Positions 9,601 to 17,851 of a stretch of 64,000 bases of DNA are shown piece after piece. The position numbers were made by a program, and so were the translations under genes. Numbering within the stretch: position 1 is the stretch's first letter; each line of letters starts with the position of its first letter. The notes beneath the pieces were generated by a model, which searched no databases, was not told where the DNA came from, and saw nothing but the letters and a program-made list of their open reading frames with translations. This DNA is from a virus: positions 64,001 through 128,000 of the IMG/VR virus record IMGVR_UViG_3300027902_000006. The stretch is one strand, 5' to 3'.

Positions 9601-10498
9601 TATCTAGACACCTATAAATTATTTCCCTAACTCGAGATGCAACTTTTTGCTGGTTCATGAAGTTTTCTAGATTCGTCTCAAAGCTTGTACCAATGTCATA
9701 ACCTACTTGTAGACGAGAAACAAAACTTGAAATTCTGCTTTCCCTCTCAGCTTTCTCAGTCGAGATAGACATGTTGAAAACATCTTCCTCAATGGGAAAA
9801 TGATGGGTCTCTACTTCACCTGTATCTTCATGAATAACAAACGCTACAGGTTTATGTTCCTTCTGGTCAATGGACATCCGCATCATACTTCCCGAGTTAA
9901 GAAGAGCGCGTTTCTTAGATGTCTCCATAAAAGTCTGATGATTATCACCCGTAAGAATAAACCGATAGTAAGGTTGTTTGCGTAGAAGATTACCTGCAAC
10001 TGTGGCTTCTTGCCCCGACCAAAGTTCCTCTCCCTTTTTAATGACAAGATAATGCCAGACTAAAATCGGCTGGTCCTTTGCATCGAGATCAAGGGCCTGA
10101 AAGTCGGGGGGGCTTGAGCCATAAGGACACCCGATTAGACAAGCGTTCTTTAAATTATAGGGATGATATGGGCTTCTGATAATATCGGCCAGTCCTGCGG
10201 CCTCTAGGAGCCCTAGACCGCTTTCATTAAGATGATCGAGGGAGTGATAGGGAAGATCGTGCTGGCCGGGGACGACAACTGGGATACAATCATATTCGAT
10301 GAGCTTATCCATAACCCATCTAATGAGGGGAATCTGAGGCCGTGCCTTATGAAAGAAGTCTCCAGGTACGACAAGAGTATTACCTCTAGCTAAGTTCAGA
10401 AGGAAGCTAAATTTAGTAGCCTGCGCTTTCCAGTAGTCATCTTTCCTAGCTACTGGAGTATCGTATCTGAGATGAATATCTGAACAAGTAACGATCAT
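9593..10498 (-). CDS. sbcD: SbcD/Mre11-like metallophosphoesterase nuclease
   Basis: SDIH, PGDFFH, PGQHD, TGDNH, NSGS motifs. Confidence 0.85.
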   Translation of the reverse strand: MIVTCSDIHLRYDTPVARKDDYWKAQATKFSFLLNLARGNTLVVPGDFFHKARPQIPLIRWVMDKLIEYDCIPVVVPGQHDLPYHSLDHLNESGLGLLEAAGLADIIRSPYHPYNLKNACLIGCPYGSSPPDFQALDLDAKDQPILVWHYLVIKKGEELWSGQEATVAGNLLRKQPYYRFILTGDNHQTFMETSKKRALLNSGSMMRMSIDQKEHKPVAFVIHEDTGEVETHHFPIEEDVFNMSISTEKAERESRISSFVSRLQVGYDIGTSFETNLENFMNQQKVASRVREIIYRCLDSE

Positions 10499-10656
10499 TC
10501 TTTATCCTCGTTTCCACAATCCTAAGAAAAAGAATGTACAGGCAAGAGTTATTGATATATACAATATGGCTGAGGGTTTATGAGTACGATAATCAATCCA
10601 AAATACACCAAACCAGAAGAGAGCTATCGTTAAGAAGATTGCATTGAGTAGAGGGA

Positions 10657-10938
10657 TCATAACTTGATATTTTTGGGCATTACACTAACTGGAATTACTC
10701 TACGCTCCTTCTCTTCCAGTTGGGCGTGTAAAAACGTCACGGCATCACTTAGTTTAAGTACCCAGTTTATTATTAGCTGACACAGAAGTCTGCCAATTTT
10801 CTCTATCTGTATTGGACTTTCTATGGGTTGATCTTCTGGAAAGATAACATACATATTACCCTTTTTTGTCTCGACAATCGTCAACTCATGTAGAATCTCA
10901 TCTTCGTGCCTCTCAAGTTCATCTACTAAGTCAACCAT
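10657..10938 (-). CDS. hypothetical protein
   Basis: GGAGG SD, operon context. Confidence 0.5.
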   Translation of the reverse strand: MVDLVDELERHEDEILHELTIVETKKGNMYVIFPEDQPIESPIQIEKIGRLLCQLIINWVLKLSDAVTFLHAQLEEKERRVIPVSVMPKNIKL

Positions 10939-11273
10939 TAAAACGACCCTCCGACTCGGACTAGAGCCTCGTAGTGATATGACCTTAGTAAGGTCTCGCG
11001 CTCCGCTTTATGTTTCTTACAATACCAACCACCCGGTTTTCCACACATGAGGCACTTCCTCTTAAGTTCTTTCTCCGAAACAATACGAACTTCATTCTTC
11101 GACACACGTGCTTGTTCCTGTAGACGACATTTTATAGAACAGAACTTTTTCCACCGTTCTCCTTCTGAACGCCGCCTTCCACAGACTCCGCACCTAAAAG
11201 CAAGGTGTGGGTGACGGATTGGCCGCACAAAGGACAAAGGCTGGGACATAACAACTTTAAGTTCTTCTTGCAT
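10938..11273 (-). CDS. Zn-finger hypothetical protein
   Basis: CGVCG..FCSIKC, CLMCG..CKKH. Confidence 0.5.
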   Translation of the reverse strand: MQEELKVVMSQPLSFVRPIRHPHLAFRCGVCGRRRSEGERWKKFCSIKCRLQEQARVSKNEVRIVSEKELKRKCLMCGKPGGWYCKKHKAERETLLRSYHYEALVRVGGSF

Positions 11274-12097
11274 CTTTCCATCTCCTCCTCATAAGTTGAG
11301 ATCCCTTTCTGTTGGGTTAGTAACGACGAAATTAATCGGGTGAGTCTTTCCTTTTCTCTACTTTTCTTTTCCAAGTCCGCGATCTTACTTTCAATTACGA
11401 TAAAATCTACATCTGGAATGATTATATTATCCAAGTTTCTTTGACAGAAATCAATCTTTTTTTTGAGTTCTTCTATGTTATCTACAGTATTTTCACAATC
11501 CATTGCTCTAACATAATAACGATTGAGTTGAGTTAAGATTCCGTCGATAAGAACAAAGTTGGGCTTACTCTCCAACTCGGAGTCTAAATCAGCTAACTTG
11601 CCTTTTATCGAAGAAATAGACGTTCTATTCTCAGTCTCTAATCTTCTAACATTGAAAAGAGACTCATCTATCTTATCCAGATTGACGATCTTATTAAGAG
11701 TACGAGCTACCGCACCCGCACTCTCCCCGAGAAGAAATGGACCATCATGTTGATACTGAATATTTAGTTCATTCATATTGATTGCCGCCGAGACTTCTGC
11801 TGGAACATCTTGTCCAAAACCTACTAATTCCATATCGTCGAGTTTATAACTATTCTTTTGTCCCTTCGACCTAGTAATAGAAACATTGTCAAACTCTAGA
11901 GTGGCAGAAACCTCCTTCTCCCCATGAGAGATGAACTGATCTCCCGAAGGACGGTTATGTACGATCCAACTTAGAGACCGGATAAGTGCACTCTTCCCAA
12001 CGTCAGTTGGGCCTATGACTACATTTACTCCCGGACTGAAGGTGAGAAGAGAGGTCTTATGACTCTGGAAGTTCGTTAGTGTTAGTGCTTTGAGCAT
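11132..12097 (-). CDS. sbcC: SbcC/Rad50-like ATPase, N-terminal half
   Basis: LTNFQSH, Walker A GPTDVGKS, Q-loop QYQHD, coiled coil ending in zinc-hook-like CPLCG. Confidence 0.85.
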   Translation of the reverse strand: MLKALTLTNFQSHKTSLLTFSPGVNVVIGPTDVGKSALIRSLSWIVHNRPSGDQFISHGEKEVSATLEFDNVSITRSKGQKNSYKLDDMELVGFGQDVPAEVSAAINMNELNIQYQHDGPFLLGESAGAVARTLNKIVNLDKIDESLFNVRRLETENRTSISSIKGKLADLDSELESKPNFVLIDGILTQLNRYYVRAMDCENTVDNIEELKKKIDFCQRNLDNIIIPDVDFIVIESKIADLEKKSREKERLTRLISSLLTQQKGISTYEEEMERCKKNLKLLCPSLCPLCGQSVTHTLLLGAESVEGGVQKENGGKSSVL

Positions 12098-12241
12098 TTT
12101 TTCTACAAGCCTCGATGATTGTGATTATATCGTTTTCTTTACCGCAGTCCTTACAGATAAACGTATTAAAGTCACATGAGGGAGCATAATAAACATCTTC
12201 GTTAATTGCGTAGCAATACGCACACTCAATATACGATAAGA

Positions 12242-12520
12242 TTATTCTATCTCCCACGACTCTTCCTTTTCTTGTTGAACTAATTCTTGCTTAGTGAGAG
12301 TTATTGTTCCCCTCTGTTTTCTAGGATTGCCACAACAGAAAGGATCAGAACAGAATACTTTAGTTTTCCGATAGACTCCAATAGGTGGAAAAATACTTAA
12401 ATCACATTCCCCATACCAACTCTTCTCTCGATGGAGTGTATTGGCGTGATACTTGTTCCAGATTTTTTTAGCGTATTTGACAGCCAATCTACGACGTTTT
12501 GCACGAATGTCTTCTTTCAT
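12242..12520 (-). CDS. hypothetical protein (C..CCGNPR type)
   Basis: GGAGG SD; CSDPFCCGNPRK. Confidence 0.55.
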   Translation of the reverse strand: MKEDIRAKRRRLAVKYAKKIWNKYHANTLHREKSWYGECDLSIFPPIGVYRKTKVFCSDPFCCGNPRKQRGTITLTKQELVQQEKEESWEIE

Positions 12521-12535
12521 ATCACCTCCAAGAGT

Positions 12536-12609
12536 TGGTAGGAGACCCTAGAATCGAACTAGGATGTCAAGGACCAAAGCCTTGTGTTCTACCATTGAAC
12601 TAGTCCCCC
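12536..12609 (-). tRNA. tRNA-Gln(UUG)
   Basis: GGGGGAC TA GTTC AATGGTA GAAC A CAAGG CT-TTG-GT CCTTG ACAT CCTAG TTCGATT CTAGG GTCTCCT A CCA. Confidence 0.9.
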
Positions 12610-13363
12610 TTCTATCCTATATTCCTGATACTCGTGTATTATAGCCCCACGAGCAGGGATTCTTGTCGTGAGCCTACTCGGGCCTGTCATGCTCATCACC
12701 GCTTGCGAACCGGCTCCAGGGCACTACTCCTGGTGGAGCATCCAACCCAGCCTGTTTCAGCCCTCTGTCCGCCACCAGCCCTCACGACGTAGTTTCCCGC
12801 CAGCAATCGGGTCAGATTTATTGTACTGCTGGTTTAACTTTTTCAATTCGTTCAAAATAAGTTCCAGAATATCATCGGGCTGTCCGTCCTTCCACTGAGC
12901 AGCCCCATAGGCTATCGTTGTGCACCTGCCTCGTTTAATCATTGTTTAAATCCTTTCTCACACTTATAGCAAGGGCATCCACCTTTTGATAAACATATAT
13001 TTTTACAAGGACAATTCTTAGGGCATGATTCCTTGTTGGGTCGTTCACATCTTTTAGCTTCGGTCACTGTCGTTCTTTCCTTATCATATAAAAGGTTCTG
13101 TCTTTTTTCATTTAATAAAAAATCTCCCAAACCCCCAACCAAGAACAAACGCTCCAATTAACATTATTAATTCTCGTGCCATCGAGCTACCTCCCAATAA
13201 TATCTTTTTCTTTTGAGTCTGTCCGTCTTTTGATATAACAATATCCGGGGATGGGCCTCGCGAGGTTTATGGTGTTCTCATTAGATTTGAGAACTTTGCT
13301 AGCATCCGAGATGGTGCTGTTCATATTTTATTATAGTCCATCCCCGGTTTTTTTTGTACTCAG

Positions 13364-13438
13364 TGGAGCGGGATGTAGGATTCGAACCTACATTCCCGAC
13401 CGGGCAGGTCGGGTCCTACCAACTTAAATGAATCCCGC
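13364..13438 (-). tRNA. atypical tRNA-Gly(GCC)
   Basis: GCGGGAT/ATCCCGC-T-CCA acceptor, CCGAC CT-GCC-CG GTCGG, GTAGG TTCGAAT CCTAC; weak D-stem, C37, A51-U63. Confidence 0.75.
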
Positions 13439-13514
13439 TGGGGTCCACGGTGGGGCTCGAACCCACAACTCAGAGTTTTAGAGGCTCCTGCTCTACCTAT
13501 TGAGCTACGCGGAC
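13439..13514 (-). tRNA. amber suppressor tRNA (anticodon CUA), Trp-like body
   Basis: GTCCGCG TA GCTC AATAGGTA GAGC A GGAGC CT-CTA-AA ACTCT GAGTT GTGGG TTCGAGC CCCAC CGTGGAC C CCA. Confidence 0.8.
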
Positions 13515-13813
13515 ATTGCAAGTTTAAGAGAACGAAAGACCCTCTCGTTATCTGTGACAGTGGCGAGTGCCGTAACCTCATTACCTATATCAGATTCCTT
13601 GAATGTCACAAAAGGGACGCCAAGGAACTCCAACTCCACACTCCAACGATAGAGCCGCTCTTCGTCTGGTACTCCAAGATAAACAAGAGTACCATTTGGC
13701 CAAGAACTTTTAGGTCCGCGAAGAAGATACTCAGCCACGGCATGTCCAGCTTGGACGGCCTGTTGAGCAACGGATAAATCTTCGCGGACCAAGACATAGA
13801 GTTTCTCATCCAT
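13505..13813 (-). CDS. peptidyl-tRNA hydrolase 2-like protein
   Basis: KLYVLVREDLS..QQAVQAGHA, F.E.DIG..VTALA; start at 13813 from GGAGG SD. Confidence 0.7.
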   Translation of the reverse strand: MDEKLYVLVREDLSVAQQAVQAGHAVAEYLLRGPKSSWPNGTLVYLGVPDEERLYRWSVELEFLGVPFVTFKESDIGNEVTALATVTDNERVFRSLKLAMSA

Positions 13814-14231
13814 TAGACGCCTCCCGAGGAGGATGTAAACGAAGCCATTCCTCATTCGCTTCATCTACTCTTCTTCGGAGGGCGTCTTTTAGTGGATCAA
13901 TTATGTGCCAGTTGGGTTTATTGAATTCACCGGGTTTTTCGATTTGCTCGTAAGAACGACCTCGCACAAGACAATAAGCAATGTGCTCATGTCTGTACTT
14001 TCTCGCTGCTACATAGATTTTCCAGTTAGCGCCGCGATCTTCTTTACGAGTTGTCTTTAGAGTTCGGATACTTCTTGCCATGTCCTTCAATTGTTCTTTC
14101 TTTTCAGTCATCGGATGCACTGTGAATCTCCTTGAATTTTTTTTTTGTATACTACAAGTTGGAGAAGTGCACTTCAAGGAGGTCCACGGATCTACGGTGG
14201 GATTTGTATCTACGTCATTTGAACCTCCCAT
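13806..14231 (-). CDS. conserved phage hypothetical protein
   Basis: R..HIAY..VRGRSYEQIE motif; real start probably near 14111. Confidence 0.55.
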   Translation of the reverse strand: MGGSNDVDTNPTVDPWTSLKCTSPTCSIQKKNSRRFTVHPMTEKKEQLKDMARSIRTLKTTRKEDRGANWKIYVAARKYRHEHIAYCLVRGRSYEQIEKPGEFNKPNWHIIDPLKDALRRRVDEANEEWLRLHPPREASNG

Positions 14232-14563
14232 CTTCCAAGATGGTCTTTGACCTCGAATTTTAGATTTTCGGGTTTCATGGCTCGCTCAACCGATTGAGCT
14301 ATTGTCTCTCCAGTAGAGATTTCCGAGACTTTTATTTTAAGCCATACTTGAAATCTCTGACTTGATATCAAATGACGAAAGGCGATCTGCTTGTTCCGAT
14401 GTTGGGATTTTTCCGACCTACTTTCACCGACAGCACCGGAGACGGGGTGCGTTATACGAACGGCTGTCTCTACTCTATTCTGATGTTGTCCTCCAGGACC
14501 ACCGGCGGTGAATGTCTGGACTTTAAAATCCTTTTTGGTCAGAGTAAAAAGACGCTCTCGCAT
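14210..14563 (-). CDS. stand-alone GGQ peptide-release-factor domain (ArfB/PrfH-like)
   Basis: TFTAGGPGGQHQNRVETAVRITH...SQHRNK..AF; no stop-codon recognition domain. Confidence 0.85.
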   Translation of the reverse strand: MRERLFTLTKKDFKVQTFTAGGPGGQHQNRVETAVRITHPVSGAVGESRSEKSQHRNKQIAFRHLISSQRFQVWLKIKVSEISTGETIAQSVERAMKPENLKFEVKDHLGRWEVQMT

Positions 14564-14579
14564 AGACTTTTCCTCCAAA

Positions 14580-14654
14580 TGGAGCGGATGACAGGAGTCG
14601 AACCTGCAACAATCAGCTTGGAAGGCTGACGTTCTACCATTGAACTACATCCGC
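14580..14654 (-). tRNA. tRNA-Gly(UCC)
   Basis: GCGGATG TA GTTC AATGGTA GAAC G TCAGC CT-TCC-AA GCTGA TTGTT GCAGG TTCGACT CCTGT CATCCGC T CCA. Confidence 0.92.
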
Positions 14655-14820
14655 ACATAGTTAGAGTTCCTCAAATATTCCTAACATTTCGGCGGCAATT
14701 AGAAAGAGAGCCGCAATGACAAGCTCTATAGGTAGGAATATGAAACCGACGATCCTAACACCGCTCTTTATAAAACTCATTTTGGTATGCCAATCGAGAT
14801 ACATTAACTCTCCTTTGTAG

Positions 14821-14895
14821 TGGTCGGAGTGGGGCATTTCGAAAGCCCGCCCTCTGCGTCCCAAACGCAGCGCTCTACCTCTGAGCTACACTCCG
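14821..14895 (-). tRNA. tRNA-Pro(UGG)
   Basis: CGGAGTG TA GCTC AGAGGTA GAGC G CTGCG TT-TGG-GA CGCAG AGGGC GGGCT TTCGAAA TGCCC CACTCCG A CCA; U53:U61 instead of G53-C61. Confidence 0.85.
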
Positions 14896-14896
14896 A

Positions 14897-15205
14897 CTAA
14901 TCTGGAAGAGGCGATACGGAACTAACATCAACTAGTTTCTTACTCTTCTTAGTCATAACCTTAGCCTTAGTTGGAACAGGCGGCATCTGAAAAACTCGCG
15001 TGTCTCCACTAGAGATACGATCTTCAATTAACTGCATTACATACAAAGCTTCTTCTGGAGTATCGTACTCTCCTACTGGCCACGACAGCTTCTCTCGACT
15101 CATCGAGGGTGCGTTTGAACAACATCTGATACTTGTCTCATTATCAATGAAGACTTCAATAGCCTTGACAATGAGCGTTCCTTCTTGACTTTTCAGAACG
15201 ATCAT
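14897..15205 (-). CDS. hypothetical protein
   Basis: AAGGAG SD; GEYDT.EEA motif. Confidence 0.55.
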   Translation of the reverse strand: MIVLKSQEGTLIVKAIEVFIDNETSIRCCSNAPSMSREKLSWPVGEYDTPEEALYVMQLIEDRISSGDTRVFQMPPVPTKAKVMTKKSKKLVDVSSVSPLPD

Positions 15206-15221
15206 ACGTTCTCTCCTTTAC

Positions 15222-15250
15222 ATGATAGGTAGTTTTATAATAGAAGTCAA
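15222..15250 (-). promoter_or_regulatory. sigma70-like promoter upstream of the tRNA cluster
   Basis: TTGACT-17 bp-TATCAT on the minus strand; very close to the next SD. Confidence 0.45.
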
Positions 15251-15317
15251 CCATTCACATACCAAGCCGATAGTCATCACACTCAATAGTACCACTATCC
15301 AAACTACAACTATAATT

Positions 15318-15719
15318 TTAAGATCTCTCAATTTTTTTCACCAGTTCAAAGAACACGTTTGCATCCAGAACGACTATTTCTTCTGTTCTTTCTGCCTTAG
15401 TTCTTCCTGTACTTTTTATTACTAATAACCAGTCCGTGTCTGGATAACAGTTAGTCTTAGCTTGTTCGACCCACTTACGAATACTCCATTGCTTTTGATT
15501 CTTACACTCGATCGTGAATGGTAGGAGGGTCCTGACATTAGGACTCATAATAACATCAGGTCCCGACTGACCCATCTGACGTGAGCGAATCTCGTGGTCA
15601 TCCGTATTGCCCCACTCAATTCCAGTTACCTCTGAAACTTGTTGACACGCCCACGCCTGTAAGGACCTTCCCTTTGCCTTACGACTCGCTACCGTGATTG
15701 GCTTCTTCTTATCTGACAT
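15318..15719 (-). CDS. PD-(D/E)XK nuclease, Holliday-junction-resolvase-like
   Basis: SRKAKGR..Q, MGQSGPDV, FTIECKNQ. Confidence 0.7.
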   Translation of the reverse strand: MSDKKKPITVASRKAKGRSLQAWACQQVSEVTGIEWGNTDDHEIRSRQMGQSGPDVIMSPNVRTLLPFTIECKNQKQWSIRKWVEQAKTNCYPDTDWLLVIKSTGRTKAERTEEIVVLDANVFFELVKKIERS

Positions 15720-15756
15720 ATATTTATTGTATCCATTCCAAGACAAAACTTCAATA

Positions 15757-15810
15757 ATATTAATCTGACTCCTTCCGATACGGAGACGCCAGAAGGAGCC
15801 AGATTAATAT
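15757..15810. terminator. long intergenic hairpin
   Basis: ATATTAATCTGACTCCTTC...GAAGGAGCCAGATTAATAT, 19-bp arm with one mismatch. Confidence 0.5.
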
Positions 15811-16343
15811 CATTTCAACGCATCGAAGTCATTGTGAAATTTAGGCATCTCGGTAATGGGTAGATAATCGCGTATAAATGGAACTACGAAGATTTGGCCC
15901 CCATGAAGTACGATTTTAAAATCACACGAATCTCGATCAAGAGTAGGAGTAGTAATGAGTAAACAATTCGACCTAGGCTGGTAACAATTACGACGCATTA
16001 TAAAAACTTTATGTCCGTTCAGTCGAAACTGCCTACCTCCTAGATGAGTGAGTTGCCCATCAAATCGGTTGAATAGATAACGCAAAAGTGTTTCGATTTC
16101 AGGGATGAATTTGACATTTCCCCAAGGACGAATAGGTTGTTTTAAATGAGCCGGTTTCTTTTTCCCCAACCTATTAAGGAGTTGATGAACATTCTGACGG
16201 GAAGTACCGATCTTCCTAGCAATAGCTGAACATGTAATTTTAGAATCAGTTTCAAATTCCATCAACATGTCCGCAGCAATCTTACCATGGTTATCCCTAA
16301 ACCTTTCTACTAACTCTTCTTCACTCTTCTTCCTAGCGCCCAT
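15810..16343 (-). CDS. HTH-domain DNA-binding protein
   Basis: SAIARKIGTSRQNVHQLL. Confidence 0.6.
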   Translation of the reverse strand: MGARKKSEEELVERFRDNHGKIAADMLMEFETDSKITCSAIARKIGTSRQNVHQLLNRLGKKKPAHLKQPIRPWGNVKFIPEIETLLRYLFNRFDGQLTHLGGRQFRLNGHKVFIMRRNCYQPRSNCLLITTPTLDRDSCDFKIVLHGGQIFVVPFIRDYLPITEMPKFHNDFDALK

Positions 16344-16878
16344 GTGGAATCTCCTTAAGTGAGTTAATTCTGATAACTCGGTGATGGATAGGACGACCCA
16401 AGTTCCAACTTCGGTTGAGAAGATAACACACTAGTCCACTCTCTGCTACTTCATTAGCTGTCCGCAGTCGATCCTCCACTATTCCGTCAAGTTGAAGTTC
16501 ATGAAGTAGTTTGACTTTGTCCTTACTCCGCGCCTGTAGAATCGTAAACTTTAATTTAGGAAAGTTATATATAAGCCAATCGTGAGTAGCAGCAATCAAG
16601 TCAGTGCGCCTAGCAGTAATAAAAAGTACAGGAGAGAACTTATAAATCTCCGACGCTCCTTCGTAGGGTTCTATCCCCATCCAGTGTTGATCAATAATAC
16701 TGAAAAAGTAATCCAAGAAGGGTTCAAAATATCCGGGTTGACAAATCTGTTCAAAGAAATCGTGTCTACTAATTCCTATATCGTCGATATCTACGTGCCA
16801 GTCTCTCCACATATGTTGTCTTAGAGGAGTAGTAACATCTGCTAGAGTTCCATCAATATCGAACGCTAAGTTTTCCAT
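16333..16878 (-). CDS. HAD-family 5'(3')-deoxyribonucleotidase-like
   Basis: FDIDGTLAD, ITAR, K, VEDR, RSWN. Confidence 0.8.
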   Translation of the reverse strand: MENLAFDIDGTLADVTTPLRQHMWRDWHVDIDDIGISRHDFFEQICQPGYFEPFLDYFFSIIDQHWMGIEPYEGASEIYKFSPVLFITARRTDLIAATHDWLIYNFPKLKFTILQARSKDKVKLLHELQLDGIVEDRLRTANEVAESGLVCYLLNRSWNLGRPIHHRVIRINSLKEIPHGR

Positions 16879-17548
16879 TTGTTTTTTGTATCTTTCGTAT
16901 CCAACGATACTTAGGTGGAGTTCTGATCCTCTTTAGTTTCAGTTCCTCTCTACTTTCCGCGAGTGTCTTTCCGTTCCTCTGGGCATATCTGAACACGAAA
17001 CGGCGGTGTCTTCGTCCTCCTCGATCATCTTCTAAATGCCATTCTGGATTTGTCATACCGTGTAAGGTAAAACCACAAGCTTTGTAAACTGTTCCCTCAT
17101 GACCATACTCAGGATCGGCAAAGGCAACAAGGCAATCGTGTTTATAAACCTTTAAGACCATCTTCGCAGTTAGTGCAATAAAGCGTGACAGTGGGTATTG
17201 TAGAGGAGGTTCACTTCTACACATTCTCTTTATCTCCAAGACTCTTTCAACTCCTAAGAAACGTGCTTGATATGGATTTACGCCTATCCCATATACTATA
17301 ATAGCATAAAGTTCAGAATTTGCGTAGAGTCCATAGCAGATATTTTTTCCAGTCGGCATTCTTTTTGAATAGTGCCACGTTTCTACCCACTTTTTTGCTA
17401 CGTTGTGTTCAATGGGTTTAATAAAGAAATGGAGCGGTGAAGTCGGATTCGCGCCGCTATCTTCCTCTTGGGACAGAGGGTATGCTGTCTTTGCACCATC
17501 ACCGCTTATCTCATCCAGTTTTCTCATCACTCGCAACGGTTCCATCAA
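16853..17548 (-). CDS. mom: Mom-family (GNAT-fold) DNA adenine hypermodification enzyme
   Basis: WHYS..MP, YGL, LEIKRM, SRFIA, AFADP..GH.GTVYKACGF. Confidence 0.7.
   Translation of the reverse strand: MMEPLRVMRKLDEISGDGAKTAYPLSQEEDSGANPTSPLHFFIKPIEHNVAKKWVETWHYSKRMPTGKNICYGLYANSELYAIIVYGIGVNPYQARFLGVERVLEIKRMCRSEPPLQYPLSRFIALTAKMVLKVYKHDCLVAFADPEYGHEGTVYKACGFTLHGMTNPEWHLEDDRGGRRHRRFVFRYAQRNGKTLAESREELKLKRIRTPPKYRWIRKIQKTNGKLSVRY
17430..17505 (-). ncRNA. tRNA-Gly-like cloverleaf embedded in the mom-like CDS
   Basis: GCGGTGA/TCACCGC-T-CCA perfect acceptor stem, GTGC/GCAT D-stem, CCTCT-GTCCCA-AGAGG anticodon arm, degenerate T-loop CGCGAAT. Confidence 0.7.
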
Positions 17549-17566
17549 TGTCGAAGGCTAAATTCA

Positions 17567-17788
17567 TTAGTTTGTCGGCCACAGAATTATGGCGTTTTTA
17601 GTTTCTTTGCTGTCCTCCTCTTCGTCTAAAATGTAACCTGAGTAGTCTGACTCAGGTACATAAGTCCCTAGATAAACGTCATGTGCGGGTGAGTAACTAT
17701 TCCCCTCAGAATCGGAAGAAAGAATAACGATGTAGTCATCTGGACACTCATCCAAAATCTCCTGAAGTTGTCTTACAGTAAGCGTCAT
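17567..17788 (-). CDS. hypothetical acidic protein
   Basis: GGGAGGAG SD; DSEGNSYSP motif. Confidence 0.55.
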   Translation of the reverse strand: MTLTVRQLQEILDECPDDYIVILSSDSEGNSYSPAHDVYLGTYVPESDYSGYILDEEEDSKETKNAIILWPTN

Positions 17789-17851
17789 TTGTAGCTCCTC
17801 CCTATTGAGATTGTGTTCTCACCTCCCTCATCAAGAGTGGAATAGTTTATA

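Noticed and set aside
13105-13200. GGGAGGTAGCTCGATGG resembling a tRNA 5' half
   Set aside because: No T-arm or acceptor complement; better read as an SD plus a 24-aa hydrophobic ORF (MARELIML...)
13320-13440. Theta/HDV-like ribozyme after the suppressor tRNA
   Set aside because: The suppressor is followed directly by tRNA-Gly and then an A-rich tract; no nested pseudoknot pattern is seen
13360-14864. ORFs 13360-13581, 14372-14629 and the 5' part of 14661-14864
   Set aside because: They are translations of tRNA genes or antisense frames
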